From the NCBI GenBank assembly GCA_951406725.2, contig OX597833.1:60884001-60948000 (forward strand): a DNA stretch of 64,000 bases. The letters are read 5' to 3'. Both the position numbers and the translations under genes were made by a program. This document shows, in pieces, positions 51,076 through 62,615 of this stretch; the stretch's first letter is position 1, and every line of letters starts with the position of its first letter. Under the pieces are notes generated by a model. That model saw nothing but the letters and a program-made list of their open reading frames with translations. It had not been told where the DNA came from and did not search any database. The stretch is from Octopus vulgaris (lineage: Eukaryota).

Positions 51076-51674
51076 AATATGTATGTGTGTGTGTGAATAT
51101 ATGTATAGATTATACACACGTTACGCACACGTACGTACATGTACACATACACACACACATTACACATTCACGCACACATGATCAAGGCTTCTCTGTTGGT
51201 GCGTGTGTTTGTATGTTCGTATGTATGCGTATATATATATATGTGTGTGTGTGTGTTTGTGTATGTATGTGAGGTTCTCCCCCCTCTCTATTATTGTTAG
51301 ATTATTTACTGTTTATTTATATTTTTTTTTTACTGAACCAACAACATACCTTCCCCTTCCACTAACCCCCCCTCTCTCTCTCTCTATACTTCACTACCAC
51401 TACCACCCTTTCCCCCTCTCTCTGGCAGCTGCAACTCTAGTGTTACATGATGTCAGCAACAGCGGTAAAGCAGCCAAAAAATCCCTAATTTCTGCTGCAT
51501 TCTCTCTCTCTCTCTTCTCTCCCCTCTCTATAATCTCTTCTTGCCATCTTCTCTCTCTTTTTATCTCCCGTTCTCTTTGTCTCTCTCCTCTCTCTCTCTC
51601 TCGTCTAGTTCAGTTCACCGAAAATATCAAATATTGTTGGCCCGGGCAGGCGGGCGAGAGTTGGCTGTGGCAGG

Positions 51675-52570
51675 GATGGTGGTGTATGTAGTCGTGGTGG
51701 TAGCAGTGGTGGTGGTAGTGTATGTTGTAGTAACGATGGTGGTGGTAGTGTATGTTGCAGTAGCAGTGGTGGTGGTAGTGTATGTTGCAGTAGCGATGGT
51801 GGTGGTAGTGTATGTTGCAGTAGCAGTGGTGGTGGTAGTGTATGTTGCAGTAGCGATGGTGGTGGTAGTTAGTGTATGTTGTAGTAGTAATGGTGGTGGT
51901 AGTGTATGTTGTAGTAGCGATGGTGGTAGTAGTGTATGTTGCAGTAGCGATGGTAGTGGTAGTGTGTTATAGTAGTGTTGGTGGTGGTAGTGTATGTTGT
52001 CGTAGCGATGGTGGTGGTATAGTGTATGTTGTAGTAGCGATGGTGGTGGTAGTGTATGTTGCAGTAGCGGTGGTAGTGTATGTTATAGTAGTGATGATGG
52101 TGGTAGTGTATATTGTAGTAGCAGTGGTGGTGGTGGTAGTGTATGTTGTAGTAGCGATGGTGGTGGTAGTGTATGTTGCAGTAGCAATGATGGTGATAGT
52201 GTTTGTTGTAGTAGCGATGGTGGTGGTAGTGTATGTTATAGTAGCGATGGTGGTGGTATAGTGTATGTTGTAGTAGCAGTGGTGGTGGTAGTGTATGTTG
52301 TAGTAGCGATGGTTGTGTGTAGTTTATGTGGTAGTAATGGTGGTAGTGTATATAGTTTTGGTACTAGTATGTGTAGTAGTAGTGGTGGTGATATATGAGT
52401 TGTGATGATCATGCTTGTTATGTTAGTAATAGTAGTAGTAGTAGTGGCTATGGCAATGGAGGTAGTAGTAGTAGTAGTAATCGTGGTTGTATTGGTCGGG
52501 TAGTAGTAGTGTTGGTATTGGAGGGGTTGTGTTGGTAGTAGTAGTAGTGGTGTATTAGTAGTGTTAGTTC
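51675..52570. repeat. 30-bp minisatellite GTGTATGTTGYAGTAGCRRTGGTGGTGGTA decaying into (GTA/GTG)n
   Basis: An exact 30-bp period is visible at 51720-51870; it produces the poly-Val ORFs. Confidence 0.9.
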
Positions 52571-53142
52571 ACACCACCACCACTACCATTGTGTCAGTGT
52601 GGCTAAAGAAACCCAGCCTTGTTTCAAGAGGCTTGCCGTTTCTGAATATTAATGTTGTTGTTATTATTGATGTTATTGTTGTTGTTCCCCCTTATTTTTT
52701 TTTCTTTATTTTTCTTCCTAAGATTCACTTCAGTTTCTCTCTCTCGTCTTTCAAGGTTACATTTTTTTAATGTTCAACCTTAATCTCCTTGTTGCTCTGT
52801 GTCTGTCTCTCTGTTGTTAGAAAACTACCAAACAATAGAGAGAGAGAGATGCGACATTGTCTTCTCTATTGCTCTTTCTCTCTCTCTCTCTCCAAAATAA
52901 GGCTAATAGAGAGAGAGATGAAGAGAGAGAAAGAAAGAAAGAGTGACACTATTATAGCCTTGCCTTGGTACTTGTCTCTCTCTCTCTGTCTCTCCAAACA
53001 ATAAGGGACACAAGCACACATGTGCTTACATACAATACATACACACACACACAGTTGACATTGTACTACATCGTTATCAGTTGTCTGTCTCTCCAAGCCA
53101 CAAGGGTAGAGGATATATATATATATATATATGTAGAGAGAG

Positions 53143-53186
<44 letters not shown>

Positions 53187-54354
53187 TGTGTGTGTATGAG
53201 TGTGACACTATTACTGCATGCTTATCAGTTATGGCTCTCTCTCTCTCTCTCCAAACAATAAGGGCAGAGGAGAGAAATAGTTGTCACTATATCAGTGGGT
53301 CTCCCTCTCTAACAATAGACCAATGGAGGGACATAGTTGACACTGTACTACTACAGCCGTCCTTATCATTATTATTACTCACCTCTATTATATTTCGCCT
53401 CAAAAAATATTGGTGTACTTTATCCCCCCACCTCTCTTTATATATATGCATATATATATACACACACACACAATCACAATTTCGTTTGTATGTATGGTAT
53501 ATTTATACATAAGCACATTTTTAAATATATACACACACACACACATGTAATATATATAAGCGCGCGTGTGTACACACACGTGTATACAACCACATATGTA
53601 TGTATGTTTGTGTGTGTATGCATGCATGAAAGTATCTAAATTTAAATGCAATTATTTGTCAATATTTAGTCGGTAGATAAATACCCTATAAAAATCACAT
53701 TTGGTGAATTTTAACGGCAGTTGATAGTCGTCCAGTGGTATCTATGTTGAATATATTTTTATAATGTCTGTTCTCTGGAAATTATATTCCAACTGCCATC
53801 ACAACGGCAAACTTCGCCGTCGTTGTCGTCTTCCTCCACTTCGTGTAATTGTTTTGGCAATAAACAATATTTCTTCCAAATGAGTCATCTTGTCGTTAGA
53901 GTTCTGCTTTCCAACTTTGATGACTCTCCTAATTTCTCTTGAGTTGTTGGGGGTCTTCATGTCTTGAATATAACAGGGCTTAGAAATGAAATTTACAATA
54001 ATTGTTAAGAAAAATTGTCGCTAATATTTCCAGAAATTATTTTAAAACAATGAAGTGAACCAATACTTTTGCTTTTATGAATGCCTGTCTTTTAGTTACA
54101 ACTTATCTTTATTATTGTTATTTTCGCTTTAAATTTTGGTTGTAACAGATTGATTCGGTCCCATGGCACTGCTTTCGATTAATTTTAAAAACGCAAGGGG
54201 GAAATATTGGTACTAATTAAAATAACGAGATGTCAAATTACTGAAATGTTTAATTAAGACCGCGACTTTTTCTCTAATTGAAGAAGGTTTTGTGTCCGGA
54301 TGGGGGTTACAACACAATTACCTCCCTTGATTCACTTCTTCTTTTATTCAAAGA

Positions 54355-54455
54355 TGTACATTTCACAAAACATTTTATACATTTCACAAACATTTTATAC
54401 ATTTCACAAACATTATGTACATTTCACAAACATTAATATACATTTCATAAACGTT
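54355..54455. repeat. 20-bp tandem repeat ACATTTCACAAACATTTTAT
   Basis: About 5 units. Confidence 0.85.
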
Positions 54456-54811
54456 ATTTACACTATTTTGCATATATGACAACCTTCTTTTTCTTCTCAG
54501 AATACTAAATCTTAAAACCAGAACCCCATTTTCTCCCATTGCTGATGTTGATTTTAGACAGAAATGACTGAGAGAGAGAGAGAGATACACACACAGACGC
54601 ACATACACAGTAAACCACACCCTCCTTATTAAACATTCCACCTTGCCCAATCAACACAGAATGTTACTTTATTCGCGTCATAATAATAATAATAATAAAA
54701 AATTAACTGCTGCTAACTCTTCACTTTGTTTTATAATTCTGTATATAACAGCTGGGTTTATGTTCAGAGAGATTTAGTTAAGAGAAAATTTATCTCTTTA
54801 TATAAGTGTAT

Positions 54812-55207
54812 AGGCGCAGGAGTGGCTGTGTGGTAAGTAGCTTGCTAACCAACCACATGGTTCCGAGTTCAGTCCCACTGCATGGCACCTTGGGCAAGTG
54901 TCTTCTGCTATAGCCCCGGGTCAACCAATGCCTTGTGAGTGGATTTGGTAGACGGAAACTGAAAGAAGCCTATCGTATATATGTATATGTATGTGTCTGT
55001 GTTTGTCCCCCTAGCATTGCTTGACAACCGATGCTGGTGTGTTTACGTCCCCGTTACTTAGCGGTTCGGCCAAAGAGACCGATAGAATAAGTACTGGGCT
55101 TACAAAGAATAAGTCCCGGGGTCGAGTTGCTCGACTAAAGGCGGTGCTCCAGCATGGCCGCAGTCAAAATGACTGAAACAAGTAAAAGAGTAAAAGAGAG
55201 TAAAGAG
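54812..55207 (+). mobile_element. SINE family B, full length and young
   Basis: GGCGCAGGAGTGGCTGTGTGGTAAG head, GAGTTCAGTCC B-box-like motif, CORE-like GCACCTTGGGCAAGTG, (GTAAAAGA)n tail; AAGTGTAT repeated on both flanks. Confidence 0.88.
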
Positions 55208-55554
55208 TATGAAGTGTATGTAGATAATCTTGGGCAAATGGTTAAGAAGTTTGCTTTGCAATCATGATGACTTGGGTTCAATCTCATTGTGTGGTAACTT
55301 ACTCAAATCTTTTGTTACTGTTGCCTTGGGTCGACCCAGCTGTTGGGGTTGGAATAGGATCAACAGAAACTTTGTTGAATGGACTTCAAAGGGTCAGCAT
55401 TTTCACACTGTCAGAGTATTTAGTTAAGGGTACATGTGGCTGGAATATTCAGCCACATAAGTATACAGTAAGTCAATGTTGATTGAACAACTAGAGTACT
55501 CCTAGTCAAAACAGGTGGAAAATTCATTTTCTGTGTGTGTGTGTGTGTGTGTCT

Positions 55555-55714
55555 GTGAGCATAGCTGTGTGGTAAGATGTTTTCTTCCCTATCACATGAT
55601 TCTTAGGTCAATCCCTACTGAGTGGTACTTTGGACAAATGTCTTGAACTAAAGCCCTGGACTGACCAAAGCCTTGTGAGTAGATTTGAAAGACAGAAACT
55701 GAAAGATGCCCCTC

Positions 55715-55747
<33 letters not shown>

Positions 55748-56030
55748 ACGGGAAGGTTTACGAAAATAAACAAAAGACGACGGCAGGTGGAGTACAAACA
55801 AACAAATGTATTAGTATGGCGCTCAGGAATAGAAATAGAACAAGTCTTTTACATTTCGAGCCTACGCTCTTCGACAGAAAGATACACAGAAAAAAAACAA
55901 GGAGAGAAACAAGTGCATGTATGTTTGTGCTGGTTTGTCTTCACATCCACATGACATATGTAAACGATTGCCACTGTCATATAAGCAGTGTCATTCATTC
56001 TCAATAGACTGCAAGAGCATGTCTGGTGTC
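55555..56030 (+). mobile_element. SINE family B2 interrupted by a hammerhead-bearing element
   Basis: B head to gaaactgaaagatgccc, then a (TA)n tract, a foreign insert at 55748-55910, and the B2 body (tgccactgtcatataagcagtgtc). Confidence 0.65.
55845..55882 (-). ncRNA. Minimal type I hammerhead-like motif (Penelope-type)
   Basis: Minus strand: UCUUU-CUGUCGA-A-GAGC.GUAG.GCUC-GAAA-UG-U-A-AAAGA. Perfect stems I and II; the core has A6U. Confidence 0.55.
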
Positions 56031-56428
56031 AGCTGACTGCTGGGGCAGTCCCCTTTCTCCCTCTCCATCTTCCACTTCCTGGATGATCTGCTGGGTCAAG
56101 GATGGGATAACTGAGAGGGTGTCTGATTGCGATTACACAGACACTTAAAGCAATTAGCAAAAGCATGGCATAACAACCAAATTACACTCACTCGCGAGTA
56201 TCAGCTGAGCATATTTGTATGTATGTTAGTATGTATAGTGTTTTGTGTGTATGTTTATGTAACATATATATTATACACACATCCACTTGTGTGTATATAT
56301 TTCTGTATGTATTTACATGTACATGAAGTGCTGTAAGGGTTCTTTATTGTTGGCCAAAGAGGATGATTCTAATATGATGTTAGAGATCAAGACAGATGGC
56401 AGTTGTGTTCTCTAGTAACACTTGTTAA

Positions 56429-57026
56429 TCCTTTAGCATTTAAACTAGTCGTAGCTGGCCAAAATATTCTACTTGTTTTATGTCCAACTGGTTGGATCTA
56501 GCCTCTCACACCTACCCTAGAATGTCATTGAGTGACTGTGTGGTAAGTAGCTTGCTTACCAACAACATGGTTCCGGGTTCAGTCCCACTGCGTGGCACCT
56601 TGGGCAAGTGTCTTCTACTATAGCCTCGGGCTGACCAAAGCCTTGTGAGTGGATTCGGTAGACGGAAACTGAAAGAAGCCCATTGTATATACGTGTGTGT
56701 ATATGTTTGTGTCTGTGTTTGTTTCCCCAACATCGCTTCACAACCGATGTTGGTGTGTTTACGTCCCCGTAACTTAGCGGTTCAGCAAAAGAGACCGATA
56801 GTATAAGTATTAGGTTTACAAAGAATAAGCCCTGAGGTTGATTTGCTCAACTAAAGGCAGTGCTCCAGCATGGCCACAGTCAATTGACTGAAACAGTTAA
56901 AAGAGTAAAAGAGAAAGAGTAATTGCATCATTGAAATCTCAAAGCTTCAAGATAATGCATGGTTAATTCTAAACAATGTGAATAAATAAGCATTAAATTT
57001 GACAGAGTAATCTGAATGCTGAAAGG
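56429..57026. mobile_element. MITE family F split by a family B SINE
   Basis: TTAA|TCCTTTAGCATT ... AATGCTGAAAGG|TTAA; F sequence resumes at ~56921. Confidence 0.8.
56530..56920 (+). mobile_element. SINE family B nested in MITE F
   Basis: Near-identical to 54812-55207. Confidence 0.88.
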
Positions 57027-58619
57027 TTAAAAGTATTGGTGGGTCTATTAAAGTAAACATGGAATGGAGGAATAACAATACAAGACTAATGCAAGAAAGC
57101 TTCATGCAGCCAAAGAGAAGAGAATCATCAATCGATGTGGACGATTCTGATTAACATTGGTTTATGGAGTGCTAACCAGGAGAATGTCAAGGTTGCTTGT
57201 TCCAAACGGGTTCACAGACACATCAGTTCAGAAAGCTTATGTCCTGTGATTCTCAGCCTGCATTGAGCAAACTTAGATGATTTGGAGTGAGATTCAACCA
57301 AAAAGAGACAAAAAAAATAAAGAAAGAAAAGGGAAAAAAAAATCCCTTTCAGATCTGGTATAATCTAGAAAATCCATTAAGGAACGTTGTTCTTATCCTT
57401 GTGTTGATCTGTAGAGCAGCAGATTTGGTTAGATTCTTGGATGTGAGAAAGACATTCTAAATTTGTACCTGGGCTCAGAAAATATGTGTAAATTACTACC
57501 TAGGAATTAATGAGCAAATAGCTGGCACTACAGATAACTATTGTGAGGAGATAGGTCATTTTTGCTTCCCCTGTTTGTTGATGGTTATGGAATTGGTATT
57601 AAAAGTTACCAGAAACTCATCACTAGGAATGAAAAACCAAAAGATCTCCTTGTTTCTAGATGGCATTACTACTATTGTGGAAACAAGGAGAGAGTTAAAA
57701 CTTGTCACCCAATTTAACTGAACTATTCCAGAAATGTGACTGTATCAAAGGTCCCAGGCTCTTCATCATACTAGGGATCTCATTTCAAAATCTAAGGAGC
57801 AGAGATACCATAGGTCATAGAGTGGGCCATTAAATTATGCTAAGAAGCCTGTTGAATCTGAAGTTTGATTATTGACTGAGTTAATATTTCAAATTTGGGT
57901 TTGGCAGAAAATTTGAAGATGTGGTGTCATCAGCATGGCTTTTGGCCAACATTCTTTGGGGTATTTCAGCTGCATGAGCTACCATTGACTGGGATGGAGA
58001 GAATGGAATAGTGTCTTAACAACTTCTTGCCAAAAGAGCTTGGTTTCCTGTAATGCTTCACATGAATTAGGCTGTATAGTATGTTACAGCAAAATTTCAG
58101 CTGCTTACATAAACATCACTGAAAGATGAGTTGAAAATAGCAAAAGCCCCCTGTCTTGCATGATGTGGACATCATTGTATGTATGACTGTGTTGGTTGGG
58201 AAGAAGTGGAATTCAGCAAAGCTGGAAATGAAAGAAATGATTGGAGGTGTGCAGGTCACATGGGCAGGGCTGATTAAAAAGAGAAAGCAATGGGTATCTC
58301 TTGATAATAAGAGGAGAGAAATTGGGGCCAAATTGAAGTGGAAGAGAGAGCAGCCAAAGTAGTGAGGTTAGGAAGTCCTTGTGCATGGTGTAACAGGTGA
58401 GAGAAGGAAGCTGTTGGAGAAACAACAGCTACGGAAAATGGAAACAGGTCATATAATTCCCCCTGGGATCAGTGTTTGATGTTCTTCTTTAATCAGACTT
58501 AAATGGGATGCTGGAGGTGGTGGGTTGATCCACTGTGGGGTTAAAACTGAGATCTCATGGTTTCAAAGCAGACTTGTTAACCACTCAGATATGCTTCAAT
58601 GTCTATTTGTATATATATA

Positions 58620-58858
58620 TCATCATTTAACATCCATCTTCCATGCTGGCATTGGTTGGATGGTTTGACAGGAGCTGGCAACCCAGGGCTGCACCAAGTG
58701 CCACTGTCTGTTTTGGTATGGCTTTTACTGCTAGTTGCTCTTCTTAATGCCAACCACTTTACAGAGTGGACTGGATGCTTTTTACGTGGCACCATCACCA
58801 GCAAGGTCTACTTTGGCTTAGTTTTTATAGCCGAATGTCCTTCCAAATGCTAACCACA
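58620..58858 (-). mobile_element. Family D repeat
   Basis: catcatttaacatccatcttccatgctggc...ccaaccactttacagagtggactggatgctttttacgtggc. Confidence 0.75.
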
Positions 58859-59039
58859 CCATAATTGATGGCATTATAAATGCCCAGGAATATTAGATGC
58901 ATCCCAATTTCAGCAGAGCACATTCAGGAAAAATGTCTTTAGTGCATCAGAGCTTCTAATATTTAAAGCAACTTTGCATATAGGGCCCAGGGTAATTTTT
59001 TAAATTATTTTTTTATTATTTTAAAAAAATTATTTGTTA

Positions 59040-59582
59040 AGACACAAGATGTGTCTGGTGTAAGCTATGGACACATAAAAGGTGCAGCAATATCAGAGGA
59101 AGGTTAACAAGGAAGATCGCTTTTGTGTGTGGAAGGTGCACAAGTACAATAAACACTGACCAAGTTAGTAATGGAGGTGGATGCTCTGAGAGATTAGCTG
59201 TGAGAATAAGATTAGGCTGGGCAAAGTTCAGAGCGCTCCTACCTCTTCTGGTAACAAAAGGCCTCTCCCTCAGAGTGAAAGGCAGAGTGTATGATGTCTG
59301 TGTGCGAACAGATATGCTATATGGCAGTGAAACATGAGCTGTGACAGCGAAGGACATGTGTAGACTTGAAAGAAATTAAGCCAGTATGCTTTGCTGGGTG
59401 TGCAATGTCAGTGTGCTTGTTTGACAGAGTGTAAGTATCTGAGTGGTTGGCATTAGGAAAGACAGCAAGCTGTAGAAACTATGCCAAATCAGACTGGAGC
59501 CTGGTGCAGCCTTCCACCTTGACAGCCCTGGTCAAACTGTCCAACCCATGCCAGCATGGACAACAGAAGCTAAATGATGATT
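59040..59582 (+). mobile_element. Internally deleted RTE LINE remnant: RT C-terminal region joined to a family D 3' tail
   Basis: GGGCSERLAVRIRLGWAKFRALLPLLVTKGLSLRVKGRVYDVCVRTDMLYGSET*AVT..DM.RLERN..SML.W.C, followed directly at ~59440 by the D repeat. Confidence 0.82.
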
Positions 59583-59622
59583 TTGAAAAATGTGCATCTT
59601 ATATGCCATCAAATACAGTGTG

Positions 59623-59663
<41 letters not shown>

Positions 59664-59751
59664 TAATCCAAACAAGAAAGCACAAAAAAACACAACAACG
59701 CGAGGACGTGGAACAAATATAGTATTATTGAACGCTCAGGGAAGAAGGAGG

Positions 59752-59786
59752 GTTTAACGTTTCGAGCGGAGCTCTTTGTCGGAAAC
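59752..59786 (-). ncRNA. Minimal type I hammerhead-like motif (Penelope-type), probably inactivated
   Basis: Minus strand: GUUU-CCGACAA-A-GAGC.UCC.GCUC-GAAA-CG-U-U-AAAC; palindromic AACGUU helix III; the core has U4C and G8A. Confidence 0.55.
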
Positions 59787-60994
59787 ATAGGAGAAGGAAA
59801 GATCCTGAGAAGGGAAGACAGAGGAAAAAAATCGCCAACGGTACACACGAGGTCAGAATAATTGCAGTGCTATTTAGTTAAACCCCTTCCATGTTTTAAT
59901 GGGAAGAATTGTTAGTGTTGGACAAAATGCCAATGAAATATCTATTCCATCTCTTTTTATCTTCTGATTCCAATTCCCACCTGGGTCAACTCTATCTTTC
60001 ATCCTTCTGAAATCTATAAAATAAAACCCTAGTACTGGGGGGGGGTCAATGCTTTTGACTAATCCCTACCCTCCCAAAACTGCCTATTTCATGGCCTAAA
60101 CTAGAAACCATTGTTTATTGGATTTAAGATAATTTCTGTTGCATTTTAATTCCTGTGTGAAAACGTCAGCTACATTCCCTCTTTTTTTTTTCTCTTTGTT
60201 TATCAACTCCCTATCTTAGTATTTATTGCAGTAGGCATTATCTCATAAGAAGGCCCCCTTCTTTATCCTCCCTTTGTACCCCTTACGAGCATCAGGCCTG
60301 TTTTCTCGGGGTTTCCTCATTCCTCCTGCCTGCAACTGCTGCTGTCTGCGGCTGATTACATGACTCCTCTCATCACACCACAACGTAACTGCACTTTAAG
60401 GTGGAGTTCAGCAAATTTGATCTCACACTTCTTCTGTTTCTCCATCCCTTGGGCTTCCTGCCTTATCGAGTGGACCCCACCCTCCGCTGCCACCCATCTC
60501 TTTTACAAATATGTAAATAAACAAAATAAATATTCCAGCTCTAGTTTCACCAAAATTCTTGGCTTCTATGTCAGAAAGAAGGGAAGGAACAAGAGAATTC
60601 TTCTCTCCCTCCGTTCCCCCCTCTCTCTATATGTGCCTGTATGTGTACACACACACACACACATTATAGTTAATGGTGGTTAAGAGCTCTTGCATCAACC
60701 TAAGTCACCTTCTCCAATCTGATGCCACTCTTTAAAAAGCTCCTCTTTATCAAATCATCAGGTCTTTTGTTATATAGCAATTCTGGAACTGGAAAAAAAG
60801 CTCATGTCTTATAAAGCCCCTTAAATATAGTAATAATCTAGGCCTAATCTAGCCTACCTTATGATCCCAAAGAGTATCAGCTGTGATCGTTTAGTCCAAT
60901 GTTTCGCAAAGTAAATACTTAGGGACCCCAGGGATCTGTAAATAAAAGATCTGGGGTTCCTCAAGGTGTCTATTAACAGAATTTAGTAAATATC

Positions 60995-61226
60995 TATTTC
61001 TTTACCACACACAAGGGGCTAAACACAGAGGGGACAAACAAGGACAGACAAACGGATTAAGTCGATTACATCGACTCCAGTATGCAACTGGTACTTAATT
61101 TATCGACCCCGAAAGGATGAAAGGCAAAGTTGACCTCGGTGGAATTTGAACTCAGAATGTAACGGCAGACGAAATACGGCTACACATTTCGCCCAGCATG
61201 CTAACAGTTCTGCCAGCTTGCCACCT
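60995..61226 (-). mobile_element. SINE family A, full length with TSD
   Basis: 14-bp perfect TSD ATTTAGTAAATATC at 60981-60994 and 61227-61240. Confidence 0.9.
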
Positions 61227-61559
61227 ATTTAGTAAATATCTATTTTATAAAACCTGCTATTTGTCCTTTTAAAAATGTTGCTTTTTAAAAAAAATTATAT
61301 GGAGCTTGGTGCAGTCCTATAGCTTACTCGATCCTGTCAAACCATCCAACCAATTCCAGCATGGAAAATGGGCATTAAATGATGATTGTGATGAATAAAT
61401 TTGGTTCTTTGTTTCATTTAAGGTTTATTAAAATTAATGAGTTGGTTGGGGACATCTCAGTGAGTCCAGTTCTTTGATTTGGGGAAAATTATATGATGTA
61501 TTTCCAAGAATACATCATCTCATGTGCCTCATGGCATATTTTTAGAATATTAGTTTTAA

Positions 61560-61780
61560 CCCTTTGGTGTTTAAACCGGCCATATCCGACCCAAATATCC
61601 TACATGTTTTACATTCAAACTGGCCATATCTAGCCTCTCACACCTAACCTACATTGACATTCTAAGAATAAACTATCACACCATTGAAACTTCAAAGCTG
61701 TAAGATAATGTGTGATTAATTCAAAACAATTTGAGTGAAAAATGTATTACATTTAACAGATTAATCTGAACACTAAAGGG
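61560..61780. mobile_element. MITE family F, intact
   Basis: TTAA|CCCTTTGGTGTT ... AACACTAAAGGG|TTAA. Confidence 0.85.
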
Positions 61781-62014
61781 TTAAGCAATATTTGGCTGTT
61801 GTTTCTAACAAATCAGTTAGCTGTGTAGTTATTCCTTCTAATTAATATATCTGTCTGGAATTATTATTGAGATATTTTGGCTGTGTTCAATAATCAATAT
61901 ATTATTAATCCATGTAAATTTGTATCTCTCATATCTGTTGCTGGAGTTAATTGTTGTTAAACAAGAAAACCTAACAGGGAGGCAAGACAATATTTTATCA
62001 CTTTTTATAGGTAA

Positions 62015-62571
62015 GAAGCATGGCTGTGTGGCTCAGAGGTCAACTTTTTAACCACATGGTCTCAGGTTCAGTCCCACTATGCAATATCTTGGGCAAGTAT
62101 TTGTTACTCTATAAAAGCTTTATGACCAAAACTTTATGAGTGGACCTGGTTATATTGAAACCAGAAGCTTGTTTTATATATGTGACTTGGGTGTATTCTC
62201 CTCTCCTTGTCCTGACATTATTGTAAATGAATATGAACATCACTGCCATTCAAGTGGTGTCTTTTGTTTTCCATCTGTCATGAAATCATGTCCAGTCAGC
62301 GTGCTGTTCATGTTTGAAGGATAAGGGGACACATTCTCTGGCTTCAAAACAGGTGGGACTCTCTACTCTTTTACTTGTTTCAGTCATTTGACTGCGGCCA
62401 TGCTGGAGCACCACCTTTTAGTCGAGCAAATCGACGCCAGGACTTATTCTTTGTAAGCCTAGTACTTATTCTATCGGTCTCTTTTGCCGAACCGCTAAGT
62501 TACTGGGACGTAAACGCACCACCACCATCGGTTGTCAAGCGATGTTGGAGGGACAAACACAGGCACACAAA

Positions 62572-62615
<44 letters not shown>

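Noticed and set aside
51612-51642. Resemblance of the minus strand to miR-190
   Set aside because: The seed does not match and there is no precursor hairpin.
51541-52261. Poly-Val hydrophobic ORFs resembling membrane proteins
   Set aside because: 30-bp GT-rich minisatellite with frame-breaking indels.
57050-58500. Possibly decayed LINE coding sequence
   Set aside because: The composition suggests an old retroelement, but I could not read convincing RT motifs by eye.
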